Positions 21,240-35,400 of a DNA stretch of 64,000 nt are shown here, piece after piece (within the stretch, counting starts at the first letter, position 1; each line of letters starts with the position of its first letter). This stretch comes from an uncultured Verrucomicrobiae bacterium (lineage in GTDB: Bacteria; Verrucomicrobiota; Verrucomicrobiia; Chthoniobacterales; Terrimicrobiaceae), in the NCBI GenBank assembly GCA_963706955.1, contig CAVPOC010000008.1, positions 704,001-768,000 on the forward strand, given 5' to 3'. The notes under the pieces were generated by a model, which saw nothing but the letters and a program-made list of their open reading frames with translations, was not told the origin of the DNA and did no database searches. A program made the translations under genes and the position numbers.

Positions 21240-24200
21240 TTACCGACTTCCAAGTTGTTCTTCCACCTCAGAGAGCCGCGCTGCGGGGTTCGCGATCACA
21301 CCTTCCAGGAGCCTCACGTAGTTGCGCACCATTCTGCGAACGAGGGCAGGATCATGGAGACGTGCATCGAACTTGGCACGGCCCACGAAGATGCGGCCTC
21401 CGTCATGCACCCCCATTTGAAAATTCCATGGCATCATCGTCTTCGTGTTGCCACCGGGAAAGAATTTCATCTCGAGGTTTCCCAGCCGATAAGACTTCGT
21501 CGAGGACGTCCCCACCATGAAGATGGCGCGAACTTCCGGCCACCCGTAGCCGCGCTTTTGCATCTCACTTCCGAGCACCTCAAACGGCATGTCCTCATGA
21601 GCGTGAGCATTCAAAACCGTTTCCCGAACTCTTCGCAGGACCTCCAAAAAGCTCAGATCGCTTGAAAGGGTCGTCCGGAGCAAGCCGATGTCGCAAAAAT
21701 AACCCATCATGTTTTCCGAACCCGACGCGCTTCGGTTGGCCATATATGTTCCCAACATCAATTCATTCTGCCCGGTGAGCAGATTGATCAAGGCCTTCAG
21801 GGCCGCGAGAAGTGTCATAAATAAGCTAGCGCCTTCCTGCCTGGAGAGCTCTTTAATACCTGCCGAAAGCTGCTCGGACATCTCAAAGCGAGCGAGCACA
21901 TCGTCAATCGACGCCGTTTTCAGCGGTTTGGGACGCTCGCAGGGCAGCCTGAGACTTGGGTTCCCAGAAAGCTGCTTTAGCCAAAATGCAAGGTGCGCCT
22001 GGTAGGTGGTCGAATGAGGATCCAGATAATTTCTTTGCCAAACTGCAAAGTCCGCCTGCTGCACGCCTAATGCATGCAACGGTGAGGTATGACCGGCGCT
22101 AAGTGCCGCATAGAGCGCATGCAGCTCATTGAAGAAAATCGGCAAAGACCAAACGTCATACGCCATGTGGTGAAGCGTAAGGACAAATTTATGGTGATCG
22201 CGCGCCCAACAGAGCACTGAGACGCGCATCAAGGGTCCTTTCTCAAGATTGATTCCAGAAGTCTTTTCGGCCAGTAGAAGTCGCACTGTTTCCGCTTCGG
22301 TATCCGGAACTTCACTGAGATCAAGAAAGGCGAGCTGAAAGTCGCTCTCGGGACTCGACTCGCTGAACTGGCAGTCCGTCGACAATATGAAAGGTCGACC
22401 GAAAAACCTCATGGCGGCGCGCCAACTCTTGAAGACTCCGCTCCAGACTGGACAGATCGAGTGGCCCTTCGATCGTGAATACCATCACATTTAGATTACT
22501 GGAATCCGTGCCAGCACGCTCATTCCGCCAGAGCCGCTGCTGGGCAAAAGAAAGGGGCAGCGGCTGGTCACGGGAAACCCGCTCGATGGGCGGGCGCACC
22601 GTCGCCAGATTCTGGGCGACTCTCTCTTCGATGTAGCGGCTGAAATCCGAGATGGTGACATGCTCAAACAACGCGGTCACCGGGATCTCGACATGCATGA
22701 TGTTCCGCAGGGTCATCACGACTTGAATCGCCAGGAGCGAGTGGCCACCGTGCTCAAAGAAGTTTCCCTGCACACCAAGATCCGGCACACCGAGAACCTT
22801 CGCCCAGACCCCGCGCACGATCTCCTCGGTCGGAGTAAGCTTCGCGTCCGGATCCGCCGTGGACTGCGCTTGAGGCTTGGGCAACGCCCGCCGGTCGAGC
22901 TTGCCGTTGGCCGTTAGCGGCAGGGCTTCCAGCTCCACAAACGCCGTCGGGATCATGTAGGAGGGCAGCTTCCCCTTGAGAAAGCCGCGCCAATCGTTGG
23001 CGCGCCCTTTGGCTCGCTGCACCAGATAGGCCACCAACTGCCGCTCGCCAGGCGCATCCTCGCGCACCACGACAACCGCATTCTCTACCTCGGGGTGCCG
23101 ATTCAAGACGACTTCGACTTCGCCCGGCTCGATGCGAAAGCCCCGAATCTTAACCTGATTATCCACCCGGCCGATGAATTCGATGTTCCCATCGGCTAGA
23201 TACTTCACAATGTCGCCCGTCCGATAGAGTCGCTGGGTCTCATCGGCGGCAAACGGGTCGGCGACGAAACGCTCGGCCGTCAATTCCGGTTGGTTAAGAT
23301 AACCCTGCGCCACGCCGGGCCCGCCCAGGTAGAGCTCACCGGGAACTCCGATGGGCAGGGGAACGCCGTACTTGTCGAGGACGTAAGCGGTGGTGTTGGC
23401 AATCGGCCGGCCGATCGGGATAGTCGTGGCATTCTTTTCCACATCGGTCACCAGATAGAAAATGGCAAAGGTGGTGCACTCGGTGGGACCGTATGCGTTA
23501 AGAAGCCGGCGGGGAGGGCCGCCGCTTTCCAGCGAACGGCGGACTGACTGGGGATTGACGGCCTCACCGCCAACAAGCACCTGCTTGACACTCTGAAAAA
23601 TCCGGTCGTTGGCAGCCACCAGTTCATTAAACAGAGCAGTGGTCACAAAGAGTGTGCTTACCTTCCACCGTTCGAGTTCCGTGCCGAAACGATGAGCGTC
23701 CAGAGCGACGGCCTTGGGCACTACGACAACGCTGGCCCCATTCAGCAAGGCGCCCCAAATCTCAAACGTCGCGGCGTCAAAGCACACATTGGAAATGTGG
23801 GCGATGCGATCTGTCGAACCCAACTCGACGTAATTAGTGTTGAGCACCAGCCGCATGATCGCGCAGTGCGGCACGGCCACCCCCTTGGGAACTCCCGTCG
23901 ATCCGGAGGTGAAAATGACGTAGGCGAGATCCCTCGAGGTCGGTTCCGAGACAGCCTCGTTCTTCCCCGGAATCTGCACCTCGCCGCCCTCGGTTTGCGC
24001 CCGGTCTCGATCCAGGCAAAAGACCCTGGCTCCGGTCGGCGGAAGCGATGCCTCCGACTCGGCGACGGTTAGAATCACGGGTGCGGCAACCTCTTTCAAA
24101 ATAAGGGCCAGTCGCTCGGCCGGATACTCCGGATCCAACGGGACGTAAACGCCGCCAGCCTTGAGAATTGCTAGCATACCGATGATCATCTCCGTGGAAC

Positions 24201-27200
24201 GATCCACGCACAGGGCCACTCGCGACCCCACCGCCACGCCTTCACTTCGCAAAAGCTCGGCAAGGCGTTCAGAGCGATCGTTCAATTCCCCGTAGGTTAG
24301 CGTTGTTCCCCCTTTGCCAACCACAGCAACGGCATCCGGCTGCAGCGCAGCCTGGCGCTCAAATTCCTGATGAACGCACCGCTCGGCCGGATACGGCGTT
24401 GCGGTCCGATTCCACTCGACAACGACTTGGTCGATCTCTTGTTCATTAAGCAACGGCAACTTCGAAAGCCGTCGATCTGCATCCCTGGCAGCGCCCTCCA
24501 AGAGTCGGCAGTAATGTCCGATCATTCTGACGATTCTATCGGCCTCGAATCGATCCGGGTTATAGACGATCTGCCCGGTCAGCCCTTCCTCAGTTTCCCA
24601 TAGATGCATCTCCAGCTCAAAGCGACTCGTAAAAACCTTCGACCCCGTCAGGCTCATCTTTATGCCGGCTGTCTCTATGACGCGCTGCAACGGGAGATTT
24701 TGCAGCGACAGCATCACCTGGATAAACGGGTTCTGTCCCCAACTACGCTCAGGCGCGAGATCCTCTACGAGTTTCTCAAAAGGCATGTCTTGAAACTGAT
24801 ACGCCTTCAGGGTCACCTCCCGCGTTCGACGCAAAACCTCCCGAAAAGTCGGATCCCCAGAAAGATCGGTGCGCAAGACCAGCGCGTTGACAAAAAATCC
24901 CAGAAGTCCCTCAACCTCGCTGCGATCGCGATTGGCAATCGGCGAACCTATGACGATATCCTCCTGCCCAGTATAGCGGTGTAAAAGGGTTTGCAGCCCG
25001 GCAAGCAGCGTCATGAACAACGTCGCTCCCTCTTGGATCGCCAACCGTTTCAATTCGGAAACAACCTCCTTGCTTATCGAGATGCGCTCGCCAACTCCGC
25101 GAAACCCGCCCTCCGCAGACGGCGGCCTGTCCGCGGGGACTTCAAGCTTTGAGGCTCCCGCAAGCTGCTCCCTCCAGTAATCCAGCTGCTTCTGCAAAAC
25201 CTCTCCAGAGAGCCAGTCTCGCTGCCAGGCCGCAAAGTCAGCGTATTGAATGCTCAGAGGCCTTAGCGATTCGCGTCGCCCGTCCACGGCGTTTTCATAA
25301 AGCTCCGCCAGTTCCCGATACATCACCGTGAGTGACCACCCGTCAGTGATGATATGATGCAATCCCGCCCAGAGTATGTGCTGCGTGTTATTAAGCTTAT
25401 AAAGCCGCCAGCGGACCAGAGGACCTTTGGCTAAGTCATACGGACGCTCGCCTTCGGTCGCCGCATCCTGCAACGCTTCAGCTTCACGTTCTTCGAGAGG
25501 AATGCCCCTCTGGCTCAAATCGATTACTTGCAGCTCTGGCTCCCAATCATCAACGATCTCTTGCACCTGTCTATCGTCTTGCGTTGGGAATCTCGTTCGC
25601 AACGATTCATGTCGGCGCACAAGCTCAACAAGCGCCACGCGCAATGCGGAGATCGACAAGGCTCCCTCGAGACGTATCTGCAAATTAACATGATATCCCG
25701 ACCGCCCTGGATTCATCTGCTCAGTCATCCAGAGCCGCTGCTGGGCAAAAGAAAGGGGCAGCGGCTGGTCACGGGAAACCCGCTCGATGGGCGGGCGCAC
25801 CGTCGCCAGATTCTGGGCGACTCTCTCTTCGATGTAGCGGCTGAAATCCGAGATGGTGACATGCTCAAACAACGCGGTCACCGGGATCTCGACATGCATG
25901 ATGTTCCGCAGGGTCATCACGACTTGAATCGCCAGGAGCGAGTGGCCACCGTGCTCAAAGAAGTTTCCCTGCACACCAAGATCCGGCACACCGAGAACCT
26001 TCGCCCAGACCCCGCGCACGATCTCCTCGGTCGGAGTAAGCTTCGCGTCCGGATCCGCCGTGGACTGCGCTTGAGGCTTGGGCAACGCCCGCCGGTCGAG
26101 CTTGCCGTTGGCCGTTAGCGGCAGGGCTTCCAGCTCCACAAACGCCGTCGGGATCATGTAGGAGGGCAGCTTCCCCTTGAGAAAGCCGCGCCAATCGTTG
26201 GCGCGCCCTTTGGCTCGCTGCACCAGATAGGCCACCAACTGCCGCTCGCCAGGCGCATCCTCGCGCACCACGACAACCGCATTCTCTACCTCGGGGTGCC
26301 GATTCAAGACGACTTCGACTTCGCCCGGCTCGATGCGAAAGCCCCGAATCTTAACCTGATTATCCACCCGGCCGATGAATTCGATGTTCCCATCGGCTAG
26401 ATACTTCACAATGTCGCCCGTCCGATAGAGTCTGCCTCCTTCGACAAAGGGATCAGCCACAAATTTCTCGGCCATCAGTTGCGGCTGATTCAAATAGCCT
26501 TGAGCCACTCCGGCGCCGCCTAGATAGAGTTCTCCCGGCACGCCTATGGGCACGGGATTGCGATACCGGTCAAGCACGTAGGCCCGAGTGTTCGCAATCG
26601 GCCGACCAATGGGGATTGTGGACGCACCCTCCAGCACATCATTAATGGGATAAAAGGTCGCTACGGTGGTGCACTCCGTCGGTCCATAGAGATTGATCAG
26701 ATGGCGCGGTGCCCCGCCGCCCTCGAGCACGCGGCGCACCCGTTGAGCATTGGCCGCTTCGCCTCCAAAAAAAACTTGCGCGACCCCTTCGAAGACCCGT
26801 GAGTTGGCACGCGCTAGTTCATTCAATAGCGCGGTCGTCACCAGCAAGGCGCTTATCCTCTGACGCTTAATCTCCTCAGCCAAAAGTCGCGGATCAAGGG
26901 CCACCGCCTTCGAAATCACTACCAACCGGGCACCGTTGAGCAAGGCTCCCCAGATCTCAAAAGTCGTCGCGTCAAAGCACACGTTGGAAAGGTGGGCCAT
27001 GCGATCGTCCGGACTCAGATGGACATAGTTCGTATTGCACACCAGATGCACAACCCCTTGATGCAGCACCCCCACACCTTTTGGCGTGCCGGTCGAACCC
27101 GAAGTGTAGAGGACGCAGGCAACAGTTTTGCTTGGCTGCAGCGGCTCGATCGTGGGCTGCATGCCGGCCTGCTTCACCAAGGGCCAATCGCGATCCAGGC

Positions 27201-29187
27201 AAACAATTTCCGCGCCGGTTTTCGCGATAACCTCATCAAAGGGTTCGTCCGTTATCACGATCTTGGCCTCGGCGTCTCTGACCATGAAGTTCAGCCGTTC
27301 AAAGGGATAGCTCGGATCGAGCGGTAGATAAGCCGCTCCGGTCTTCACTATGCCCAAGATGGAAACGATCATCTCCGGCGAACGTTCCATGCAAATTCCC
27401 ACCTGTGATCCAAAACCGGCCCCACGCGTTTGCAGATAGCCGGCTAATTTGTCGGCTCGTTCTTTAAGTTCGCCGAAAGTAAGAACCTCATCCCCGCTAA
27501 CCACCGCGATCGACTGCGGTTGACGCTCAGCCCATGCATCAAATACCTCGTGAAGACATTCTGGCGACGGATTCGGATTTGTCGTCGGATTCCACTCCAC
27601 AAGAAGCTGGTCGGCTTCTTCTTCGCTGAGCAGCGGCAATTCCGAAAGCGGTTGATCTGACTTACTCGCAGCCTCCTCCAAAAGGCGGCCAAAATGCCCA
27701 ATCATCCTGATCACCCTGTCGGCGTCGAAGCGATCCGGATTGTATACCACCTGCCCAGTTAGCCCCTCATCAGTCTCCCAAAGGTGCATCTCCAACTCAA
27801 AGCGAGTGGTTAGAGCCTTGGAATCCAAAAGGCTCACCTTGAGGCCCGCCGCATCAAAGCTCCTGCGCAAGGGAAGATTTTGTAACGAGAGCATCACCTG
27901 GATGAATGGGCTTTGCCCCCAACTGCGCTCAGGCATCAAGTCTTCTACGAGCTTCTCAAAGGGCGTATCTTGGAACTCATAAGCTCGTAACGTCACCTCC
28001 CGGGCTCGGCGTAAAGTCTCTCGAAAAGAAGGGTTGCCGGAGAGGTCGCCGCGCAGGATCAAGGCGTTGACGAAGAATCCCACAACGCCCTCGACCTCGA
28101 TCCGATTGCGATTAGCGATTGGTGACCCTACTACGATGTCGTCCTGCCCGGTGTAGCGATGCAAAAGAACCTGAAGCCCCGCAAGCAACGTCATGAAGAG
28201 GGTGGCGCCTTCCTCACTGGCCAACCGCTTGAGCCCTGAGACAACCTCGTGACTTATGAAAAAGCGCTCGCCAGCTCCACGAAACATGAGCTCAGGTAGA
28301 GGTGCCCGGTCCGCCGGAAATTCGAGTTTGGCAGCTCCATCCAATTGTCTCCGCCAGTAATCGAGCTGCTTCTGGAGGACCGCTCCAGAAAGCCAACTCC
28401 GCTGCCAGACCGCAAAGTCCGCGTACTGAAGGCCCAATGGACTAAGAGCTGGCTGCCGCTGCGTCACGGCGGCCTCATACAACTCTGCCAATTCACGACA
28501 GATTATCGTGAGGGACCAACCGTCGGTGACGATATGATGCATTCCCACCCACAAGAGATGTCGCGTGCTGTCAAGCCGATAAAGCCGCCAGCGCACCAGT
28601 GGTCCTACTGCCAAGTCGTAGGCGCGCTGGCCTTCCCGAGCGGCATCAAGCAGCGCCTCGGCTTCGGCCCTCTCCAAAGATCCTTTTTCGCTAAAATCGA
28701 TTTCGTCGAGCGACGGTTCCCAGTCCGTGGCTATCTCTTGAACGGGTCCATCGTCTCCCATCGGGAATCTCGTCCGCAACGATTCATGTCGGCGAACCAG
28801 CTCCACGATGGCCCAGCGCAAGGCAGAAAGGGACAAAGTTCCCTCGAGTCGCAAGCGCAAGCCCACATGATATCCCGATCTCCCGGGATTCATCTGCTCA
28901 ACCATCCAGAGACGCTGCTGCGCAAAGGAGAGCGGTAGCGGTTGACCACGAGGAACTGGGCGTAACAGTGGACCGTCCTCTCCATTGAAAACGCGCGACT
29001 CGCGAAGAAAATCCAAAATCTCCGCTTTTCGTGCCGTCAACTCTTCGCGAAGCTCAGCGGTCAGAACGCCTGATGGAGCGCTGACGCGCAATCGTCCCTC
29101 CTCGTTCGAAACTCGCAGATCCAGTTTCTGCAGCTCGGCAAGAAATTTCCATACTGGCTGCGAAGCCTCCCTGTGCGCCTTTTCCAT
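21240..29187 (-). CDS. NRPS 7: TubC-type docking domain-C-A-T-C-A-T-C(terminal); frameshift near 22354
   Basis: N-term FLAELQKLDLRVSNEEGRLRVSAP; HHIVTDG and HHIITDG; two A domains (manual codes DAFLFGLTVK, DAFFLGATFK); two GGHS T domains; final C with HHMAYD in ORF 21240..22412. Confidence 0.9.
22528..23231. repeat. 704-bp direct repeat, copy 1 (A-subdomain + T + start of C); partner 25729..26432
   Basis: Sequence appears identical by eye at offset 3201; identical shadow ORFs 22754..22993 and 25955..26194. Confidence 0.92.
25729..26432. repeat. 704-bp direct repeat, copy 2
   Basis: Matches 22528..23231. Confidence 0.92.
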
Positions 29188-29423
29188 TATTCGTTCAGAG
29201 CGATGATTTGGGGAACTGGAGGTGATCACAAGACTAGATCTTCGTGGTCGACGGCGAGAGGAGCAAAAGAGGTCTTGGCACCGCTGCACCGCGCGCCGTC
29301 GATATATTCCGCAAGAGCAGCGACGGTGGCATTCTCAAAGAAGACGCGCAGCGGAATATCCAGACCGGACGCACTTCGCAGCCGGGAAATAACGCGCATG
29401 GCCAATAAGGAATGGCCGCCAAG
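29149..29423. repeat. Junction repeat copy 1 (T-domain end + DHE[D/E]LVL tail + intergenic + MEKAxREASQPVW start)
   Basis: Homologous to ~40578..40851 and ~44027..44301. Confidence 0.9.
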
Positions 29424-32400
29424 GTCAAAGAAATCCTCATGAACTCCGACGCGTTCCGCGTCGATCACTGCGGACCATGCCTCGGCAACCATCTGCTCTG
29501 TCGCGTTACGAGGATGTATCGGTTCAATCGTGTCGTTTTCAAAAGTTGGAGCCGGCAGCGCGCCGCGGTCGATTTTGCCCGTAGAGGTGAGAGGAAGTTT
29601 TTTAAGAAGCACAAAGGTGCCCGGCACCATGTAGTCGGGGAGTTTGCTGCGCAGAAACTCTCGCCAGTCTTGAGGAAGATTGCCATTCCGAGGCACGATG
29701 TATGCCACTAGCTGGCGTTCTCCCAGGTCGCTTTCGCGCGCCACGACGATGACAGCCTCGACATCAGGATGGCGGCCCAGAGCAACCTCGACCTCACCCG
29801 GTTCGATCCGAAAACCACGGATCTTAACCTGATGATCCAACCGCCCGATAAACTCGATGTTTCCGTCGGGCAGATACCTTACGATATCGCCAGTCTTGTA
29901 GAGGCGTTCACCCTTCTCGGTTCCGAAAGGATTGGGCACAAACTTTTCTAGCGTCAACTCCGGGCGGTTGAGATAGCCGTGAGCTAAACCAGGGCCACCG
30001 AGATAAAGCTCGCCGGGCACGCCGATGGGCACCTGCTTGCCATGCTGGTCCAGCACGTAGGCGGTGGTATTGGAGATCGGGCGGCCGATGGGAATGGTTG
30101 CGGCGTCCTTCTCCACGCGAGTCACCGGATAGAAGATGGCAAAGGTAGTGCACTCGGTGGGGCCGTAAACATGAAGCAGTCGACGGGGAGGACCGCCGCT
30201 TACCAGCACACGGCGAACGGGTTCAGGATTGACGGCTTCACCGCCAAAAAGCACTTGCTTGACACCCTGAAAGATCCGGTCGTTGACCGTGACGAGTTCG
30301 TTGAAGAGAGCGGTGGTGAGAAAGAGGGTGCTAACTTTGTGCCGTTCGAGTTCGGTGACAAAACGCTCGGAATCCAGAGCAACGTCCTGGGGAATGAGCA
30401 CAACGCTGGCACCGTTGAGCAGGGCACCCCAGATTTCGAAGGTGGCGGCATCAAAGCAGACGTTGGAGAGGTGTGCTATGCGATCCTGCGGCCCCAGCTC
30501 CAGATAATTGGTATTGAGCACGAGGCGGATAATTGCGCAGTGCGGCACGGCTACCCCCTTGGGGGTGCCTGTCGATCCCGAAGTGAAAATCACATGGGCC
30601 AGATCCGTTGATCTCGCCTCCGAGGCAGCTCCGGTTGAAATCGGCATCCGCGTCCCTTCGATTAACGGCCAGTCCCTGTCCAGGCAGATCACCTTTGCGC
30701 CGGTTGGAGGAAGGGCTGCCTGCGCCTCGGCCACCGTCAGAATTACTGGCGCGGCAACTTCATTCAAAAGAAAGGTAAGCCGCTCAGCCGGATAAGCCGG
30801 ATCCAGCGGCACATAGACTCCGCCAGCTTTGAGAATACCCAGCATCCCAACAATCATTTCCAGAGAACGGTCCACACACAAAGCCACATGAAATCCGCGC
30901 TGGATGCCGCAAATTCGCAAATAGGCAGCGAGGTGATCGGCCCGCGAGCTCAGCTCCCGATAGCTCAATGTTTTCTCTCCCAAAATTAGAGCCGTCGCTT
31001 GTGGAGATTGCGCAACTTGTGCGTCGAAGAGTTGTTGCAGCGTCACCTCGGGCAGAGGCTGCGCGGTGTCGTTAAAATCCTTGAGTAGTCTTTGCCTCTC
31101 CTCGGAAGAAAGCAGGTCCAATCGATTGAGAGGCATATCCGGAGTCGCCACGGCTTGATCGAGCAAGCGCAGCAAGAGCGCTGCGATAGTTTCGGACCTT
31201 GCCTGCTCAATTCGCGTCGGGTCGTAGTCCATGCGGAGCCGCAGCCGCTCCCGGGGAACCACCTTCAAGGATAGCGGATAGTGTGTCACGTCCCGTGCCT
31301 GAATACCGGCTAGACGCAAACCATCCACCGGTTGGGTCAGCGCAGCGTTGTCCAGCGGATAGTTCTCGAATACCATGATCGTGTCGAAAAGCTCTCCGCA
31401 TTTCGTTTGCTGCTTGATCTCCGCAAGGCTCACGTGCTGGAAGGGTAAAAGTCGTGCCTGGCTCTCCTGAATGCCAGTAAGCAGCGTTGCCAGAGATGCC
31501 TCGGAATCCAGCCGTACGCGCAAAGGCAGGGTATTGATTAAAAGTCCGAGCATTTGCTCTACGCCCGGTAGCTCCGCTGGCCGACCGGATACCGTCACTC
31601 CGAAAACCACATCGTCGCGGCCGGTGAGCCGGCCGAGAAGCAATGCCCACAGCCCCTGCATGATTGTATTCACGGTGAGGCCTCGCTCTCGCGCCAGTCT
31701 CTGCAATGCATGGCAAAGATGCTCTGGCAGTTCGCTCTGCAAGAATTGGGGGGCAGTGGATGAGGCGTCTCGGTGCGAGGGAGACGCGAGGAGCGTCGGA
31801 CCATCGAGATCGGCCAAGTAGTCCCGCCACGATGCCAAGGCCGCTTCGCTATCCTGTTTGGCAAGCCAGGCCAAATACTCCGAATATGGACGCACTCGCG
31901 GCAATGCCGCCGGACTTCCATCGTCGCGATATAGCGCAAAGAACTCGCCGAGAAGGACCGGAAACGACCATCCGTCCAGCAGCAGGTGATGGTTGGTGAA
32001 GACCAATACGTGTTTCTTCGGACCAACACGCAGCAAGGTAAAGCGCAGAAGTGGCGCCTCTGAAGGCTCGAAGCGTTGCGCCAACTCGGCAGCGAGCAAT
32101 TCCATCCTGCGCGTTTCTTGCCTCTCGCCATCCAGCGCCGAGAGGTCCTCCTCTTGCCACGGCACCTCGACATCACGAACGATCACCTGCACAGGGCGCT
32201 GGAGCCCCTCATTACGAAAAGCCGACCGCAGATTCGCGTGCCGGAGGATTAGCGCGTTGAGAGCACGCTTTAGGCGCGCCACGTCCTGCAAACCCTCAAA
32301 CTCCATGCAAATCTGCACGCTGTAGGGATCCACTACGCTCCGATCAAAGAGCGCGTGAAAGAGTAGACCCTCTTGCAGGGGTGACAGGGGGAGGATCTCT

Positions 32401-35400
32401 TCCAGATCCGGATAGGCCACCTCCAATTGTTCCACTTGTTCGGCTGAGACGACTACCAGCGGGAAGTCTGAGGGAGTGTGTCCGCCTGCACCGGGCTGTT
32501 GGATATGGCGAATCAAGGCCTCAAGCGCTCGCCGCCATCCCTCGGCCAGCGATCGAACCTCAGATTCGGCCAACAGCGCACTTGCCCACCTCCAGGTCGC
32601 GGAAAGGCAAGGTCCATCCGCAGTGTCCAGCGCCAAAGCATTGATATTGATTAAATGACTCAGAGGCGTCGTCGGATCCGCTCCGCCATCGATGCCGCCT
32701 CCCTGAGCTAATGACCACTCTTTGGACTCCTCGATGGTAAAGCGTCCCAGATAGTTGAAGCCGATCTGCGGTTCGCACCGTCCAGCTAGGCGCGTCCTTG
32801 ACTCAGGATTCAGATAACGCAGCAGGCCGTAACCCAAGCCTTGGCCGGGCACCGCTCGCAACTGCTCTTTGATCCGCTTGATCGCGCGACCCATAGACGG
32901 GCCGCCAGCCATTGCTTCATCGATATCCATTAGGCCAGGGTCCAAACCCACCGGAAACAGGCTGGTGAACCAGCCGACAGTGCGCGAGAGGTCGATGCCA
33001 CCGGCCATGGGTTCGCGCCCATGTCCTTCAACGTCGACAAGTATTGGCCCATCGTTTCCGTGTCCGCGTGCATTCCGCCACTCGGCTATGGCCACTGCGA
33101 GCGCTCCCAAGAGCACGTCGTTAACCTTTGCATGAAAAGCCGCTGCTACTTCGGTCAGAAGCGCGGAGGTTATATTCGCCGGCAGTTCAATCCGCAAGAG
33201 CCCGGCGCTTGAAAGCGTATCGCGAATGGGGTCGAGAACAACGCCCGAAACAAGCGCCTTGTCACCCTCGAGAATGGCTTCCCAAGTCCGAAGCTCCGCC
33301 AGCACCGCCGGAGTCCGAGCCACTTCGGCCAAATGCTGTGTCCATAGCCTAAAGGGTGTGCCCACCGGCTCAATCTGCGGAATCTCGCCGCGGACTAACG
33401 ATCTCCAAGCCGTCGCCAAATCCGAAACCAGAATTCGCCATGAGACCCCATCCACTGCTAGGTGATGGATAATCAAGGACAGCATCCCAGGCTCGGCACC
33501 GCGGAACCAAACGGCTTGGATCATCCGGCCAGCCTGTGGGTCAAGCCGGCTTTCGGCCTCCCGCACTGCCGTCTGAGTGCTCTCCTCTCTCGCTGGCTTC
33601 TCGAGCCCGGCAAGGTTTACCTGGCTAAGACAGGCCTCGGCTTGGACGGCACCTCGTGGGGCGATCTGGAGCTCCCAATCACCCTCGGTATTGCGCTCCA
33701 GTTGCAAGCGTAGCATGTCATGGCCATCAATGATCGTCTGGAGCAGCGTTGCCAGGTTCTGCTCAGTCAGCTCTGCTGGCACTTCTAACAGGACCGACTG
33801 GCAGAAGCGCTCGATGGGCCCTCCCCGCTCCTGCAACCAGCGCATGATCGGCGTCGCAACTATCTTGCCGATTGCGTCTGCCGCGTGGAACTGAGATCCA
33901 TCATTCAACTTCGGGATCCTTGCCGCAGCCGCTAAGGCCTCCACCGTTCGCAGCTCAAAAACCTCGCGGGGCGTGAGCTCAAGTCCCCGACGGCGAACCC
34001 TGCTTACGAGCGCGATCGAAAGGATACTGTCGCCTCCAAGTGCAAAGAAATTGTCATTGATGCCCACCCGCTCCAGCCCGAGCAGCTCGGCATAAATCCC
34101 GCACAAAATCTCCTCTCGCGAGGTCCGAGGCGCGCGGTAGCCTTCGGTCTGCCGTTGCCGGGAAGGAGCCGGCAGCGCTCGGCGATCGATCTTGCCATTG
34201 GGCGTTAAGGGCAGCTTGTCAAGAATGACAAAAGCTGAAGGCACCATGTAGTCGGGCAGCTTCTGCTTTACAAAGGCGCTCAGCTCTTCGGTGATCCTAC
34301 CCGTGTTCTGCCCATCGGCCAAAACCACGTATGATACCAGTTGCTTGTCCTTCTCGGCCCGGCCGCTCTCGCGCACGCACACCACGGCCTGCCGCACCCC
34401 GGGGTGGCCGGCAAGAACAGTCTCGATCTCGCCCGGCTCGATGCGGAAGCCCCGGATCTTCACCTGGTCGTCGCCCCGGCCAAGGAACTCGATGTTGCCA
34501 TCGGAAAGGAACCGGCCCAGGTCGCCCGTGCGGTAAAGCCTTTCGCCGGTGGCAAAGGGCGAGGGAATAAAACGCTCGGCCGTCAGCTCCAGCCGGTTGA
34601 GATACCCCTTGGCCACTCCCGCTCCGCCTATGCAAATCTCGCCAGCCACCCCGACGGGCACCGCATTAAGATGGCGATCCAAAATATACACCTGTGTATT
34701 GGCGATCGGTCGGCCAATGGGAATCCTGCCCTCCCAACTCCGCTGCCCGGACCACACCTCATACCAGGTAGCAAAGGTGGTCGTCTCGGTAGGCCCATAG
34801 ACATGCAGAAGTCGTTGCGGCGGGCCATCACCTTCCATGACCTTTTTCACTGCCCCCGCATCGCACTCCTCTCCTCCGAAGAGCACATTGCGTAGCTTGC
34901 TGAATATGTCCGCCCGCTCATGCACTAGCTCGTTGAAAAGCGCCGTGGTTACAAACAGCGTCGTCACCCCATGCCGGGAAAGCTCCCCGGAAAAGCTCTC
35001 CGCGGACAATACATCTTCCCGCTGGATGCCCACCAGTCGGCTCCCGTTCAACAGCGCTCCCCAGATCTCAAAGGTGGCCGCATCGAAACAGCAGTTCGCT
35101 ATCTGCGCCACCACGTCCCCGCTCCCAAGCCGCACGTAGTCGCTATTGATGACAAGCCGGTTGACTGCCCGGTGTGGCACCATTACCCCCTTGGGCATCC
35201 CTGTCGATCCAGAGGTGTACATCACATAGGCTACCTCCTCAGGCCCTGCCATATACGCGTCTTGCTTAGCTCTGCTGCCGCCAAGCCTCCTTATCGACTC
35301 CCAATCCCCATCCAGGCACACGCTTCGAACCGGCCTGCCGGAAAACCGCCAGGTCAGCCCTTGGCTGGTCAGCACAACCCCGGCCCCGCTGTCCTCCAGC

